From Planctomycetota bacterium (GTDB lineage Bacteria > Planctomycetota > UBA1135 > UBA2386), in NCBI GenBank assembly GCA_046290465.1, contig JBKAGP010000001.1, positions 1,376,001 to 1,440,000 of the forward strand: a stretch of DNA of 64,000 bases, read 5' to 3'. Position numbers and translations under genes: made by a program. Positions 20,414-29,923 of the stretch are shown here, one piece after another. The notes below the pieces were generated by a model, which had not been told where the DNA came from, searched no databases, and saw only the letters and a list, made by a program, of their open reading frames with translations. The stretch's first letter is position 1. Every line of letters starts with the position of its first letter.

Positions 20414-21589
20414 ATGCGATCCCTCTCCGTGTCGTTTGCGGGTACATTGCTCGTAACGGGTGCGCTCGCGCAGACGTCGTCGAGGCTCGACACGGTCGCC
20501 GCGCAGCTGCTGGACGAACGACGCGCAGCGGCCGCGCTGCACGACCTGCGGGTCGCGGGCGCGCCCGGCGCCCGCGCGCTGTTCGCGGCCTACGCCGGCA
20601 GCGACGACGCCGACCGGCTCCGGTTCGCCGAAGCGCTGGCGGAGCTCGGCACCACGACCCGGGTGCTGGTCGAACCGCTGGTCGCCGAGATCCCGCGGCG
20701 CGACGAGCCGCTGCGCAGCCTGCTGCTGCGCGCGCTCGCCAACGGCGCGCTGCTCGCGGACGACGCCGACCGCGCGCGCATCAACCCGGCGCTGCGTGCC
20801 TGGGCCAGGCAGGGCCTGGTCTACAGCCCGTCCCAGGACCGGCCGACCTACGCGTGGTACGAGTACGTGCGCACGGTGCGGCGCCTGCAGCTGTCGGTGC
20901 TGCCGCGCGACCCCCACGGCCTCGACACCGCGATGTCCCTGCTGCGCAAGGAGCGCGGCAGCCCGATCGTGCTGTTCCTGGGCAACCAGCAGAAGCCGCA
21001 GGCCAACGACGAGTTCGGCCACTGCGCGATCGAGTCGTACGGCGCGCACGGCCAGCGCGAGCTGCTCGAGGCCATCGCCGAGCTGACCCTGCGCTGCGAG
21101 GCGCCGTCGAAGCAGCTGGTCGCCGAGCTCGCCGCCTACCTGCGCCACTCGCCGCCGCGGCCACCGCGCGTGCAGGTCGAGCACTGCGCCGGCATCGGCG
21201 AGCCGGCGCCCAACCAGCTGCCGGGCGTCAAGTTCCCGACCAGGTGGCGCTACGACCACTGGCACTTCCCCCTCGCGCGCGCCGTGCTCGCCCACAGCGA
21301 GGTCGCCGCCGAACGCGCGCTCGCGCTGCGCCACCTGCTGCACGCCGACGTCGACGCGACCCGGCTGCGCGCGATCGAGCAGCTGCGGCTGTGGCCGCAG
21401 CCGTGGCAGCCGTTCTTCGCCGACCTCGCCACCGGCCTGACCAGCAGTTCGCGCAGCATCCGCCGCGCCACGCTGGTGACGCTGGGCATGGCCGACGAGT
21501 TGCCGGACGCCGTCCGCGAACAGCTGCAGGCCCTGGCGAAGTTCGGCGATGCCGAGCTGCGCGCGCTGGCCGGGCGCGCGCTGCGTTGA
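20414..21589 (+). CDS. Hypothetical secreted helical (HEAT-repeat-like) protein
   Basis: Signal peptide-like N-terminus, Leu/Ala/Arg-rich helical repeats, good codon bias. Confidence 0.65.
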   Translation: MRSLSVSFAGTLLVTGALAQTSSRLDTVAAQLLDERRAAAALHDLRVAGAPGARALFAAYAGSDDADRLRFAEALAELGTTTRVLVEPLVAEIPRRDEPLRSLLLRALANGALLADDADRARINPALRAWARQGLVYSPSQDRPTYAWYEYVRTVRRLQLSVLPRDPHGLDTAMSLLRKERGSPIVLFLGNQQKPQANDEFGHCAIESYGAHGQRELLEAIAELTLRCEAPSKQLVAELAAYLRHSPPRPPRVQVEHCAGIGEPAPNQLPGVKFPTRWRYDHWHFPLARAVLAHSEVAAERALALRHLLHADVDATRLRAIEQLRLWPQPWQPFFADLATGLTSSSRSIRRATLVTLGMADELPDAVREQLQALAKFGDAELRALAGRALR

Positions 21590-21683
21590 GGGCGCTCCGA
21601 TGTGATGGGCTGCAGGTCGCAGCGACGCCCCGCGCCGCAGGTCGCAGCGACGGTGCCGTGCGGGGACGCGGGGATGCGCCGGA

Positions 21684-22631
21684 CTAGTTGTCCGGCTCGC
21701 AGCGGATCTCGCTGTCCGCCGTGAAGATCGTGCGTCGCCGCACGCGGCCGGCCGGCACGTTGGCACCGGGGAAGCACAGGCACTGCTCGAGCCGCGCACC
21801 GGCGCCGATCGTCGAGCCCTTCATCACCACCGAACGCGTCAGCTCGGCGTCGTCCGCTCGCCGCACGTCGTCGGCGATCCAGTTGGCCTCGGCATGCTGC
21901 TCGAGCAGGAGCAGGTTCAGCTCCAGCAGGTCCTTGGGGTAGCTGACGTTCATGTCGGCCTTGACCACCTCGGCCGCGGCGACCGGATAGCCGTCGTCGA
22001 GGAAGATCTGGATCGAGTCGGTGATCTCGTACTCGTTGCGCAACGCGGTGCGCGGCGTGCGACGCACGGCGTCGAAGAACGTCTGGTCGAACAGGTAGAT
22101 GCCGCAGCCCTTCAGGTCGGTGCGCGGGAACCGCGGCTTCTCGACGACCCTGGTGACGATGCCGTCGTCGCCCGCCATCACCGCGAAGTTGCGCTTCATC
22201 GCCTCGAGATCGGGCTCGCGCTTGCAGGCGAGCACGCCGCCGAGCTGCTCGCTGCGGAACCGCGCCAGCATCTCGTCGAGGTTCTCGGTGACGAAGAAGA
22301 TGTCGCCCAGGAACAGGAAGAACGGCCGGTCGACGTGCGCCTCGAGCCGCGACACCGCGTGCGCGATGCCGAGCATCTCCTCCTGTTCGACGTACTGGAT
22401 CGACACGCCCCACCGGCCGCCGTCCCCGAGCGCGCGCACCACTTCGTGGCCGAGGTGGCCGACGACGACGACGACCTTGCGGATGCCCATGCCCGCCATC
22501 ATCTCGAGCTGGTAGGCCATCAGCGGCTTGTCGAGCACCGGCAGGATCGGCTTCGGCCAGTGCTCGGAGAACGGGCGCATCCGGGTGCCCTTGCCCGCGG
22601 CAAGGATCACCCCCATCAGGTCGTCGGTCAC
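21684..22631 (-). CDS. Sugar-phosphate nucleotidyltransferase (glucose-1-phosphate thymidylyltransferase-like)
   Basis: GVILAAGKGTRMRP, PKPILPV, LGIAHAV, LGDIFF, VEKP, RNEYEITDSIQ; short LbH-like tail. Confidence 0.88.
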   Translation of the reverse strand: MTDDLMGVILAAGKGTRMRPFSEHWPKPILPVLDKPLMAYQLEMMAGMGIRKVVVVVGHLGHEVVRALGDGGRWGVSIQYVEQEEMLGIAHAVSRLEAHVDRPFFLFLGDIFFVTENLDEMLARFRSEQLGGVLACKREPDLEAMKRNFAVMAGDDGIVTRVVEKPRFPRTDLKGCGIYLFDQTFFDAVRRTPRTALRNEYEITDSIQIFLDDGYPVAAAEVVKADMNVSYPKDLLELNLLLLEQHAEANWIADDVRRADDAELTRSVVMKGSTIGAGARLEQCLCFPGANVPAGRVRRRTIFTADSEIRCEPDN

Positions 22632-22694
22632 GTCAGGAGCCTGGGGTTGCGAGGTGGCGGGACCGGCGCAGCGTGCCGCAAGCCCGCCGCCGAA

Positions 22695-24923
22695 TCACTG
22701 ACGAATGTTGCGCACCAGCGAGACGCGATCGGTGATCAGGCTCGAGATCAGCAGCTCGGGCAGGCCGTCGCCGGTCATGTCCTGCAGCACCGCGTCGCTC
22801 GCCCCGAGCGTGCCCGGGAAGCTCGGCAGCAGCGGGAAGCTGCCGTTGCCGTCGCCGACCAGCACGCGGAAGTCGCCGCTCTGCAGCGACGCGACCAGGA
22901 TGTCCTCGATGCCGTCCCCGGTCAGGTCCTGCGCCATCAGCGCGGTCGGCGCCGCGCCGGCCGCGTAGTCGCTGCCGGTGAAGCCGGTCGGGCCGCCGAA
23001 CAGCACCGTGACCGTGCCCGACGCCGCGTTGCTGACCACCAGGTCGGCGCGGCCGTCGCGGTTGAAGTCCGAGGTCACCAGGTAGTTCGGCGACAGGCCG
23101 ACCGGCACGGCCAGCACTTCGACGAACGACGTGCCGCCCTCGTTGCGCAGGATCGCGATGTCCGACTGGTTGGCGCGCGAGACCGCGAGGTCCTGCAGGC
23201 CGTCACCGGTGAAGTCGGCCGCGACCACGTCGACCGGGCCGCCGCCGACGTTGACGATCACCTCGGGGTCGAACGTGAACGGCACCGGCGTGCCCGGGAT
23301 CAGGTGCACGCCCCCGCCGGTGTAGTCGCAGACGACCACGTCCAGGTCGCCGTCCCGGTCGAAGTCGACGACCTCGATGCCGAACGGGTAGTTGCCCGAG
23401 CCGATCGTGGTCGGCGTGACCGGCAGCAGGTCGAAGCTGTAGGCGCCGGGAGTCGACGTGTTGCGCAGGATCTTGATGCCGCCGACGACGCCGACGACCA
23501 GGTCCTGCTTGCCGTCGAAGTCGAGGTCCGCGGCCTGCAGCTGGTGCACGCCGAAGCCGGTGTCGAACATCGTCTCGACCTCGAGCTGCTCGTTGCCGCC
23601 CATGATCACGAGGTTGGAGTCGTTGTTGCTGCCGGTGACGACCTCGAAGTCGCCGTCGCCGTCGAAGTCGGCCCCCTCGAGCCACGACGCGGTCGGCAGC
23701 GTCGAGCCGTAGCTGCGCGCACCGGCCAGCGTGCCCGAGTCGCGGGCGAGCCACAGGTTGACGCGGTTGCCGAGGCCGGACAGCGCGAACACGTCGTTGC
23801 GACCGTTCTGGTCGAAGTCGCCGATGAACGGGCGCAGCGGCAGGCCGGTCGAATCGAGCACGAACGGCTCGGCGACCTGGCCGCCGGGCAGCCCCGGCAC
23901 GACCGCGATGGTCGCGTTGAACGCGAGGCAGCCGACCAGGTCGTTGAGGCCGTCGCCGGTGACGTCGGCGACCTTGGCCAGGCCCGGGCGCGCCGGCACC
24001 GGGATGTCGAACGACAGGTAGGGACAGATCGGCACGCCCACTCCGCCGCCGCCGAGCGCCGACGGCTGGTTCGGCGGCAGGATCTCGGTGATCACGACGT
24101 AGCGCTCGTTGGCGAACGCCGACACGACCAGGTCCTGCAGGCCGTCGCCGCTCATGTCGCCGAGCGTCACGGCACCGGGCGTGCCGGGCACCTCCAGCAC
24201 GCAGAACTCGTTGCCGAAGTCCTTGCCGCCCTGCGTGCCGGTGTAGAGCACCAGGCGCGAGAAGCCGGTGTCGGCGACGACCAGGTCGTTCTGGCCGTTG
24301 CGGTTGGCGTCGCCGACGGTGAGGTTGAACGCGGTGCCGCCGCCCGGCAGCGTCAGCTGCGTCTGGCTGGCGAAGCCGAGCTGGCCGTCGCTGAAGCCGA
24401 CCACGATCTCGGGCGCCGACGGGCGCGAGACCGCTACGTCGAGCAGGCCGTCGTCGTTGAGGTCGCCGACCGAGACCGCCAGCGCGTCCGAGCCCGCCTC
24501 CAGCGTGCCGGCCAGCGTGAAGCCGCCGTTGCCGTCGTTGGCGAGCACGTTGGTCTCGTCCGCGTCGCTGCGCACGATCACCAGGTCCTGGTCGCCATCC
24601 TGGTCGAAGTCACCGCCCGACATCCAGATCGGCAGGCCACCGAGCTGCAGTTCCTGGGTCAGCGTGAACGACGCGCCGTTGCCGATCAGCACGCGCAGCT
24701 CCCCGGTCAGGCTGATGACCGCCATGTCGAGCACGTTGTCGCCGTTGAGGTCGGCGACGAAGTAGTCGGAGTGCGTCGCAGAACCGGTCTCGATCTCGAT
24801 GCGGGTCTCGAAGGCCGGGGGCGAGCCGATGCCGAGCCCGGCGACATCGCCGGAGTGGCGGGCGCACGCAGCGGCGAGGGCGGCCAGGAGGATGGCGGAC
24901 GAACGAGTGACGAGCTTGCTCAT
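22695..24923 (-). CDS. FG-GAP/VCBS repeat lipoprotein (probably two beta-propellers)
   Basis: Lipobox LAAAC; about 14 D[LF]xxDGxxD[LV] repeats. Confidence 0.9.
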   Translation of the reverse strand: MSKLVTRSSAILLAALAAACARHSGDVAGLGIGSPPAFETRIEIETGSATHSDYFVADLNGDNVLDMAVISLTGELRVLIGNGASFTLTQELQLGGLPIWMSGGDFDQDGDQDLVIVRSDADETNVLANDGNGGFTLAGTLEAGSDALAVSVGDLNDDGLLDVAVSRPSAPEIVVGFSDGQLGFASQTQLTLPGGGTAFNLTVGDANRNGQNDLVVADTGFSRLVLYTGTQGGKDFGNEFCVLEVPGTPGAVTLGDMSGDGLQDLVVSAFANERYVVITEILPPNQPSALGGGGVGVPICPYLSFDIPVPARPGLAKVADVTGDGLNDLVGCLAFNATIAVVPGLPGGQVAEPFVLDSTGLPLRPFIGDFDQNGRNDVFALSGLGNRVNLWLARDSGTLAGARSYGSTLPTASWLEGADFDGDGDFEVVTGSNNDSNLVIMGGNEQLEVETMFDTGFGVHQLQAADLDFDGKQDLVVGVVGGIKILRNTSTPGAYSFDLLPVTPTTIGSGNYPFGIEVVDFDRDGDLDVVVCDYTGGGVHLIPGTPVPFTFDPEVIVNVGGGPVDVVAADFTGDGLQDLAVSRANQSDIAILRNEGGTSFVEVLAVPVGLSPNYLVTSDFNRDGRADLVVSNAASGTVTVLFGGPTGFTGSDYAAGAAPTALMAQDLTGDGIEDILVASLQSGDFRVLVGDGNGSFPLLPSFPGTLGASDAVLQDMTGDGLPELLISSLITDRVSLVRNIRQ

Positions 24924-25172
24924 GAGGATGAAAGGGAGCCCCGGGAGGGACCCACTGTGGAAAGGTTAGCACAGCGCGGCCGATCCGCGCTCCGCCGCAA
25001 TCCCGATCCGGGATCCGAACGTTCCCCAGGGGCGAGGTTTCGGTGCCATCGGAACATCGGGGAGAGCTCGGCGGGGCAGCAGCACGGGCGACGCGGGGGC
25101 GCACGCCGGCCTCGAACGGACCGACAACGAACCGGAGGCGGCCGCGTTGCGACGATCTGCAATCCGGAACCG

Positions 25173-25343
25173 CTAGTGGGCAAAGCCCCGTCCGCACGCG
25201 TACACGCCCGCTTCCGCGATCACGGTCGGCAGCGCGTCCACTACATGGACGCGCTCCTAGCGGGCAAAGCCCCGTCCACACGCGTACACGCCGCTTCCGC
25301 GATCAAGGTTGGCAGCGCGTCCACTACATGGACGCGCTCCTAG
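25173..25343 (+). repeat. Tandem dimer of the CTAG-bounded REP/MITE-like element
   Basis: CTAG-unit-CTAG-unit-CTAG, with CTAG at 25173, 25257 and 25340. The last CTAG contains the gamma-CA stop. Confidence 0.92.
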
Positions 25344-25912
25344 CCGCCGTAGTCGGCGAGGTAGGTGCGCGCCCGTTCGACGTAGTGCTCGGCGCGCCAG
25401 CGCATGCCCTCCATCTCCTCGTCGCTCACCTGCCGCACGACCTTGCCGGGCATGCCGAGCACGACCGAACGCGGCGGGATCACCGCGTTCTCCTTGATCA
25501 GCGCGCCGGCGCCGATGATCGAGTACTCGCCGATCCGGGCGCCGCCGAGGATCACCGAGCCCATGCCGATCAGAGCAAAGTCGCCCACTTCGACGCCGTG
25601 CAGCGTGACGCTGTGGCCGATCGTGACGCCACGCCCCACCACCAGCGGCGCGCCGACGTCGACGTGGATGCAGCTGTTGTCCTGCACGTTGGTGCCTTCG
25701 CCGATCGTGATCGAGGCGTCGTCGCCGCGGATCGTCACGCCGAACCAGACGCCGACGTCCTTGGCCAGCCGCACGTCGCCGACCACCGTCGCGTTGTCGG
25801 CGACCATCGCGTCGCCGCGGCGGACGAACCGGCCGACCATGTCGGGGTGGACCTGGAACTCGCGGAGCGCGGGATCCTCGGGCGGGTAGCGGCTGGGCTT
25901 GTCGTTGCTCAT
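25340..25912 (-). CDS. Gamma carbonic anhydrase family (hexapeptide repeat) protein
   Basis: VVGDV, IRGD, NVQDNSCIH, TIGHSVTLHG, LIGMGS, GMPGKVVR. Confidence 0.92.
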   Translation of the reverse strand: MSNDKPSRYPPEDPALREFQVHPDMVGRFVRRGDAMVADNATVVGDVRLAKDVGVWFGVTIRGDDASITIGEGTNVQDNSCIHVDVGAPLVVGRGVTIGHSVTLHGVEVGDFALIGMGSVILGGARIGEYSIIGAGALIKENAVIPPRSVVLGMPGKVVRQVSDEEMEGMRWRAEHYVERARTYLADYGG

Positions 25913-25921
25913 GGTCGGAGG

Positions 25922-26536
25922 TCAGCGAGCATAGAGCAGGTCGAGCAGCCCGGGCCAGCACACGATCGCCGCGACCGTCAGGCCGTTGTGCAGCGCGTGC
26001 GCACAGATCGACGGCAGCAGCGAGCCTTGCCGCTGCCGCAGGTAGCCGAACACCAGCGCCAGCACGGCGATCGGCAGCGCGTGGTCGAGACCGTGCGCGA
26101 GGCCGAACAACGACGCGACCAGCAGGTGCGCGCCCCACTTCGGCAGCGTGTTCTCGACCGCCGCGAACAGGTAGCCGCGGAAGATGATCTCCTCGACCAA
26201 CGGCGCGACGCCGACGATCACCAGCACGTGCAGCCAGAACGCCGGCAGGCCGGCGCCGTGGGTCGCCAGTTCGAGCAGCTGCGGCTGCGGCTCGACGCGG
26301 TGGCCGAGCGCGACCATCACGCGCAGGTAGGCGGCGGCGAACGCCACCCACAGCAGCAGCCACACGCCGTACGACGCCAGCACGCGCGGCCAGCCGATCG
26401 GCCGCCACGGCGCCGGCGGGAACACCATCACGCAGGTGACCGCCATCAAGCAGCCCACGCGCCAATCGGCGCCGAGCAACACGGCCAGCACGAACGCGAG
26501 GCCGACCTGCAGCAGCGAACGGGGCAGCTGGCTCAT
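25922..26536 (-). CDS. CPBP (CAAX/Abi) family intramembrane metalloprotease
   Basis: [21 protein letters not shown]. Confidence 0.9.
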   Translation of the reverse strand: MSQLPRSLLQVGLAFVLAVLLGADWRVGCLMAVTCVMVFPPAPWRPIGWPRVLASYGVWLLLWVAFAAAYLRVMVALGHRVEPQPQLLELATHGAGLPAFWLHVLVIVGVAPLVEEIIFRGYLFAAVENTLPKWGAHLLVASLFGLAHGLDHALPIAVLALVFGYLRQRQGSLLPSICAHALHNGLTVAAIVCWPGLLDLLYAR

Positions 26537-27321
26537 TCGCCGGCGATCACGCCGCTGGTCGGCGACGACGCGCTGGCGTAGAGCTTCTTCGGGATGCGGC
26601 CGGCGAGGAACGCGTCGCGGCCGGCTTCGGCGGCGGCCTTCATCGCGCGGGCCATGCGCACCGGCTCCTTGGCGAGCGCGACGCCGGTGTTCAGCAGCAC
26701 GCCTTCGGCACCGAGCTCGAACGCGAACGTCACGTCACTGGCGGTGCCGACGCCGGCGTCGACGATCACCGGCACGGTGGCGCGCTCGAGGATGATGCGG
26801 ATGTTGTTGGGGTTCTGGATGCCCTGACCGGAGCCGATCGGCGCTCCCGCCGGCATCACGCTGGTCACCCCGACGTCCTCGAGGCGCCTGGCGAGCACCG
26901 GGTCGTCGCTGGTGTAGCACAGCACCGTGAACCCCTCCTTGACCAGCGTCGCCGCGGCCTCGAGCGTGCCGACCGGATCGGGCAGCAGCGTCTGCGGGTC
27001 GGCGAGCACCTCGAGCTTGACCAGATCACCGATGCCGAGCTCGCGACCGAGCCGCGCCGTGCGCACCGCGTGCTCGGCATCGAAGCAGCCGGCCGTGTTG
27101 GGCAGCAGCGTGTACCGGTCCTTCGGCAGGTAGTCGAGCAACGTCTTGCCCTCGGGCACCCCCATCTGCATGCGGCGCACGGCGACCGTCACGCACTGCG
27201 TGCCGGAGACCTCCAGCGCCTCGACCATCGACTCCATGGTCGGATACTTGCCCGTGCCCAGGAACAGTCGGGAGGTGAAGCTGTGCGGTCCGAGGACCAG
27301 CGGTTCGTCGACGATCGTCAC
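26533..27321 (-). CDS. thiG: Thiazole synthase
   Basis: [52 protein letters not shown] start inferred. Confidence 0.97.
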   Translation of the reverse strand: MTIVDEPLVLGPHSFTSRLFLGTGKYPTMESMVEALEVSGTQCVTVAVRRMQMGVPEGKTLLDYLPKDRYTLLPNTAGCFDAEHAVRTARLGRELGIGDLVKLEVLADPQTLLPDPVGTLEAAATLVKEGFTVLCYTSDDPVLARRLEDVGVTSVMPAGAPIGSGQGIQNPNNIRIILERATVPVIVDAGVGTASDVTFAFELGAEGVLLNTGVALAKEPVRMARAMKAAAEAGRDAFLAGRIPKKLYASASSPTSGVIAGE

Positions 27322-27373
27322 GGCGTCGATCGTGCGACCCGACGCCCCCCGACACAAGCGAACTCCGCCCCCC

Positions 27374-27444
27374 GAACACCGCATACCGAACCGGGTTCAT
27401 CGGCATGCGGCGCAGGCTGCAGCCCGGTTCGGTATGCGGTGTTC
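27374..27444. repeat. 22-bp perfect inverted repeat between thiS and thiG
   Basis: GAACACCGCATACCGAACCGGG ... CCCGGTTCGGTATGCGGTGTTC. Confidence 0.85.
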
Positions 27445-27472
27445 TGCTTGCGGGCACCTCCGGCGCCGTCGC

Positions 27473-27688
27473 CTAGCCGCCGCCGAAGAACGTCACGATC
27501 TCGAGCTGGTCGCCGGCCGCGAGCCGGGTGTCGGCGTGGTCGGCGCGGCGCACGATCTGCTTGTTGCGTTCGACCGCGACCTGCGTCGGCTGGAAGCCGA
27601 GCGCCGCGACCAGGTCGGCGACCGAACTGTGCTGCGGCACCGCGCGCGGTTCGCCGTTCACCGAGATGTCGATCGTCGCCTCGCTCAT
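27473..27688 (-). CDS. thiS: Sulfur carrier protein ThiS
   Basis: ISVNGE, VAVERNKQIV, GDQLEIVTFFGGG with C-terminal GG; adjacent to thiG. Confidence 0.95.
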   Translation of the reverse strand: MSEATIDISVNGEPRAVPQHSSVADLVAALGFQPTQVAVERNKQIVRRADHADTRLAAGDQLEIVTFFGGG

Positions 27689-28887
27689 GCGCCCTCCATC
27701 CGCTGCAGCCGCAGCACCTTCAGGTACTCGCTCTCCGGATGCGTGACCAGCGCCGGATGATCGTCGCCGGCCTGCAGCCGCTGCCGCAACGCCACGCGGA
27801 ACGGCAGCCCGGCCGCCGCCTGTCGCACCAGCTCCTCGAAGCGCGGCAGCTGCACGTGGTGGCTGCACGTGCACGTCACCAGCTGGCCGTGCGGCGCCAG
27901 CAGCCGCATCGCCTGCCGGTTGAGGTCGCGGTAGCCGCGTTCGGCCCCGGGCAGCTCGCGCTTCGACTTGGCGAACGCCGGCGGGTCGAGCACGATCAGG
28001 TCGAAGGTCTTGTTGCGCTCGCGCAGTTCGCGCAGCACGTCGAACGCGTTGCCACAACGCGTCTCGAGGCCGTCCAGCTGGTTGCGTTCGGCGTCGTGCC
28101 GCGCCTGCTGCAGCGCCTCCTCGGACTGGTCGACGGCCAGCGCCGAGACCGCGCCGCCACGCAGCGCGTGCATCGAGAAGCCCCCCTGGTAGCAGAACAG
28201 GTCGAGCACCCGCCGGCCCTTGGCCAGCGTCCGGACCAGCGCGCGCGCCGGCCGCTGGTCGAGATAGAAGCCGGTCTTGTGGCCCGCCAGCGGCCGCACC
28301 GTGTGGCGCACGTCGCCCTCGACGATCTCGACCTCCGCCTTGCGCCCGCCGTGCAGCAGCTCGACGTGCTCGTCGAGCCCCTCACGCTTGCGCGTCGGCA
28401 CGTCGTTGCGCGCGACCACCGAGGTCGCGTTCAGCTTGTCGGCCAGCCACGGCACGATCGCGTCGAGCGAGCGTTCGACGAACGCGCTGGTCACCTGCAG
28501 CACCAGCACGTCCGCATAGCGATCGACGACCAGACCCGGCAGCCAGTCGGCCTCGCCGTGCACCAGCCGGGCGCCGTGTTCGGGTCCGAGCAGGCCGGCG
28601 CGCGCGTCGATCGCGGCGTCGAGCCGCGCCGAGAAGAACGCCTCGCGCCCCGGCACGTCGTCACCCGGCCACGGACCGCACAGCCGCAGCGCCAGCTTGC
28701 TGTCGGCGGTGACGCCGAGGCCGAGATCGCGGCCGTCCTCGTCGCGCACGCGCACCAGCCGCGCCGGGCCGGGCGAGCCCTGCAGCAGGTCGTCGCGGAA
28801 GAACCACGGCCGGCCGCGCCGCGCGAAGCCACTGGCCCGCGCGTTCAGCTGCACGACCGCCGTCGTCTCGTCGGAGGCGGCGCTCAC
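27685..28887 (-). CDS. RlmI-like class I SAM-dependent rRNA methyltransferase
   Basis: PUA-like N-terminus, HGEADWLPGLVVDRY, GHKTGFYLDQR, VLDLFCYQGGF, LDPPAFAK, SEYLK. Confidence 0.9.
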   Translation of the reverse strand: MSAASDETTAVVQLNARASGFARRGRPWFFRDDLLQGSPGPARLVRVRDEDGRDLGLGVTADSKLALRLCGPWPGDDVPGREAFFSARLDAAIDARAGLLGPEHGARLVHGEADWLPGLVVDRYADVLVLQVTSAFVERSLDAIVPWLADKLNATSVVARNDVPTRKREGLDEHVELLHGGRKAEVEIVEGDVRHTVRPLAGHKTGFYLDQRPARALVRTLAKGRRVLDLFCYQGGFSMHALRGGAVSALAVDQSEEALQQARHDAERNQLDGLETRCGNAFDVLRELRERNKTFDLIVLDPPAFAKSKRELPGAERGYRDLNRQAMRLLAPHGQLVTCTCSHHVQLPRFEELVRQAAAGLPFRVALRQRLQAGDDHPALVTHPESEYLKVLRLQRMEGA

Positions 28888-29441
28888 TTGGCCGGCAGCT
28901 CGATCAGGCAGCGCGCGAGCATCGTGTCGAAGCGAACGTCCAGGAACAGCTGGGTGCTCTTCTTGTCGCCGCCCGGCTGGATGTCGCAGCTGAGGTGCTC
29001 GAACTCGGCGCTGTCCGCGACGAACTCGGTCTTCAGGTCCATCAGGCCTTCGACCAGCGTGCCGTCCTTCTTCTTGAAGCGGCTGAAGCCGACACCCTTG
29101 TGCAGCGTCAGCGCCCAACCCTTGGCGGTCTTGCGCGCGCTGAGCGCGTACTTGCCCGGCGCCACGTCGTGGCCGCCGATCTTGAGCGCGAGGTCGGTCT
29201 CGAGCTCGGCACCGCCGAGGTGCCAACCGTCGCCGACCGCCATCTTCTTGGCGCCCGCCTTGTCGAGCGTGACGGTGATGTGGCTGACCTTGAGGTGCTC
29301 GTTGCGCTTCAGCTCACAGTCGATCACCTTGCGGAAGTGCGGGTGCGGCAGCGGCTGCTCGGGCGAGCCGACGAACGCGAGCGACAGCGGGATCAGGCAG
29401 AGCGCGGCGGCGGCCGTGGCGCAGGTTCGGAACGGGATCAT
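28884..29441 (-). CDS. Secreted DUF2911-like protein
   Basis: Signal peptide; WHLG..LETDLALKIGG..VAPGKYAL resembles DUF2911. Confidence 0.6.
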   Translation of the reverse strand: MIPFRTCATAAAALCLIPLSLAFVGSPEQPLPHPHFRKVIDCELKRNEHLKVSHITVTLDKAGAKKMAVGDGWHLGGAELETDLALKIGGHDVAPGKYALSARKTAKGWALTLHKGVGFSRFKKKDGTLVEGLMDLKTEFVADSAEFEHLSCDIQPGGDKKSTQLFLDVRFDTMLARCLIELPAK

Positions 29442-29481
29442 CGGGGACTCCGGGTTGCTGGGGCTAGGCTTCGGTGCGCCG

Positions 29482-29841
29482 CTAGCGATCGACCGGCGCG
29501 CTCGCCCGGACGGCGAAGCCGCGGCGGTCGAGCAGGTCGCGCAGCGCGTCGACATTCTGCCGGTTCGGGTCGTGGCGGACGACGACCTTGCCGTTCTTCT
29601 GGTCGAGGACTTCGACCTCGGCGCCGTCGAGGCGGTCGATGCTCTCGGTCAACCGCACCGCGCACCACACCGGACAATCGAGCCCGTCGACCTCGAACGC
29701 GACGCGCGGCGCATCGGCGGCCGGCGTGCGCAGCGCCCTGTGCGCAACCCGCCAGCCATACAGCACGGCGACCGCCAGCAGCCCGACCAGCACGATCCGC
29801 GGCGCGACGGACCTCGATCGGCTGCGGGCAGGGGCGGGCAT
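29482..29841 (-). CDS. Membrane-anchored heavy-metal-associated (HMA) domain protein
   Basis: TM helix then FEVDGLDCPVWC...GF.V, an HMA-like fold. Confidence 0.75.
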   Translation of the reverse strand: MPAPARSRSRSVAPRIVLVGLLAVAVLYGWRVAHRALRTPAADAPRVAFEVDGLDCPVWCAVRLTESIDRLDGAEVEVLDQKNGKVVVRHDPNRQNVDALRDLLDRRGFAVRASAPVDR

Positions 29842-29923
29842 GCCGCGATCCTACGCGCGAACACCGACAGGTTCCGTCGAGTTCTGCAGCGGCATTGCGG
29901 CCGACGGCGGATACGTTCGGCGC

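Noticed and set aside
18641..21799. Apparent 1.6-3 kb overlap of two ~1000-aa antiparallel ORFs
   Set aside because: True starts are at 20386 (-) and 20414 (+), each with a signal peptide; the genes are divergent and do not overlap.
21684..24923. Polysaccharide biosynthesis locus (nucleotidyltransferase here, RmlD-like gene at 60 kb)
   Set aside because: The genes are isolated, about 37 kb apart, with no glycosyltransferase/flippase cluster.
25173..25343. Mini-CRISPR reading of the tandem dimer
   Set aside because: The whole ~83-bp unit repeats with no unique spacer, and the same unit is dispersed elsewhere.
27321..27473. TPP riboswitch near thiS/thiG
   Set aside because: No CTGAGA or CCTGA...GCG.AGGGA core found; only an inverted repeat.
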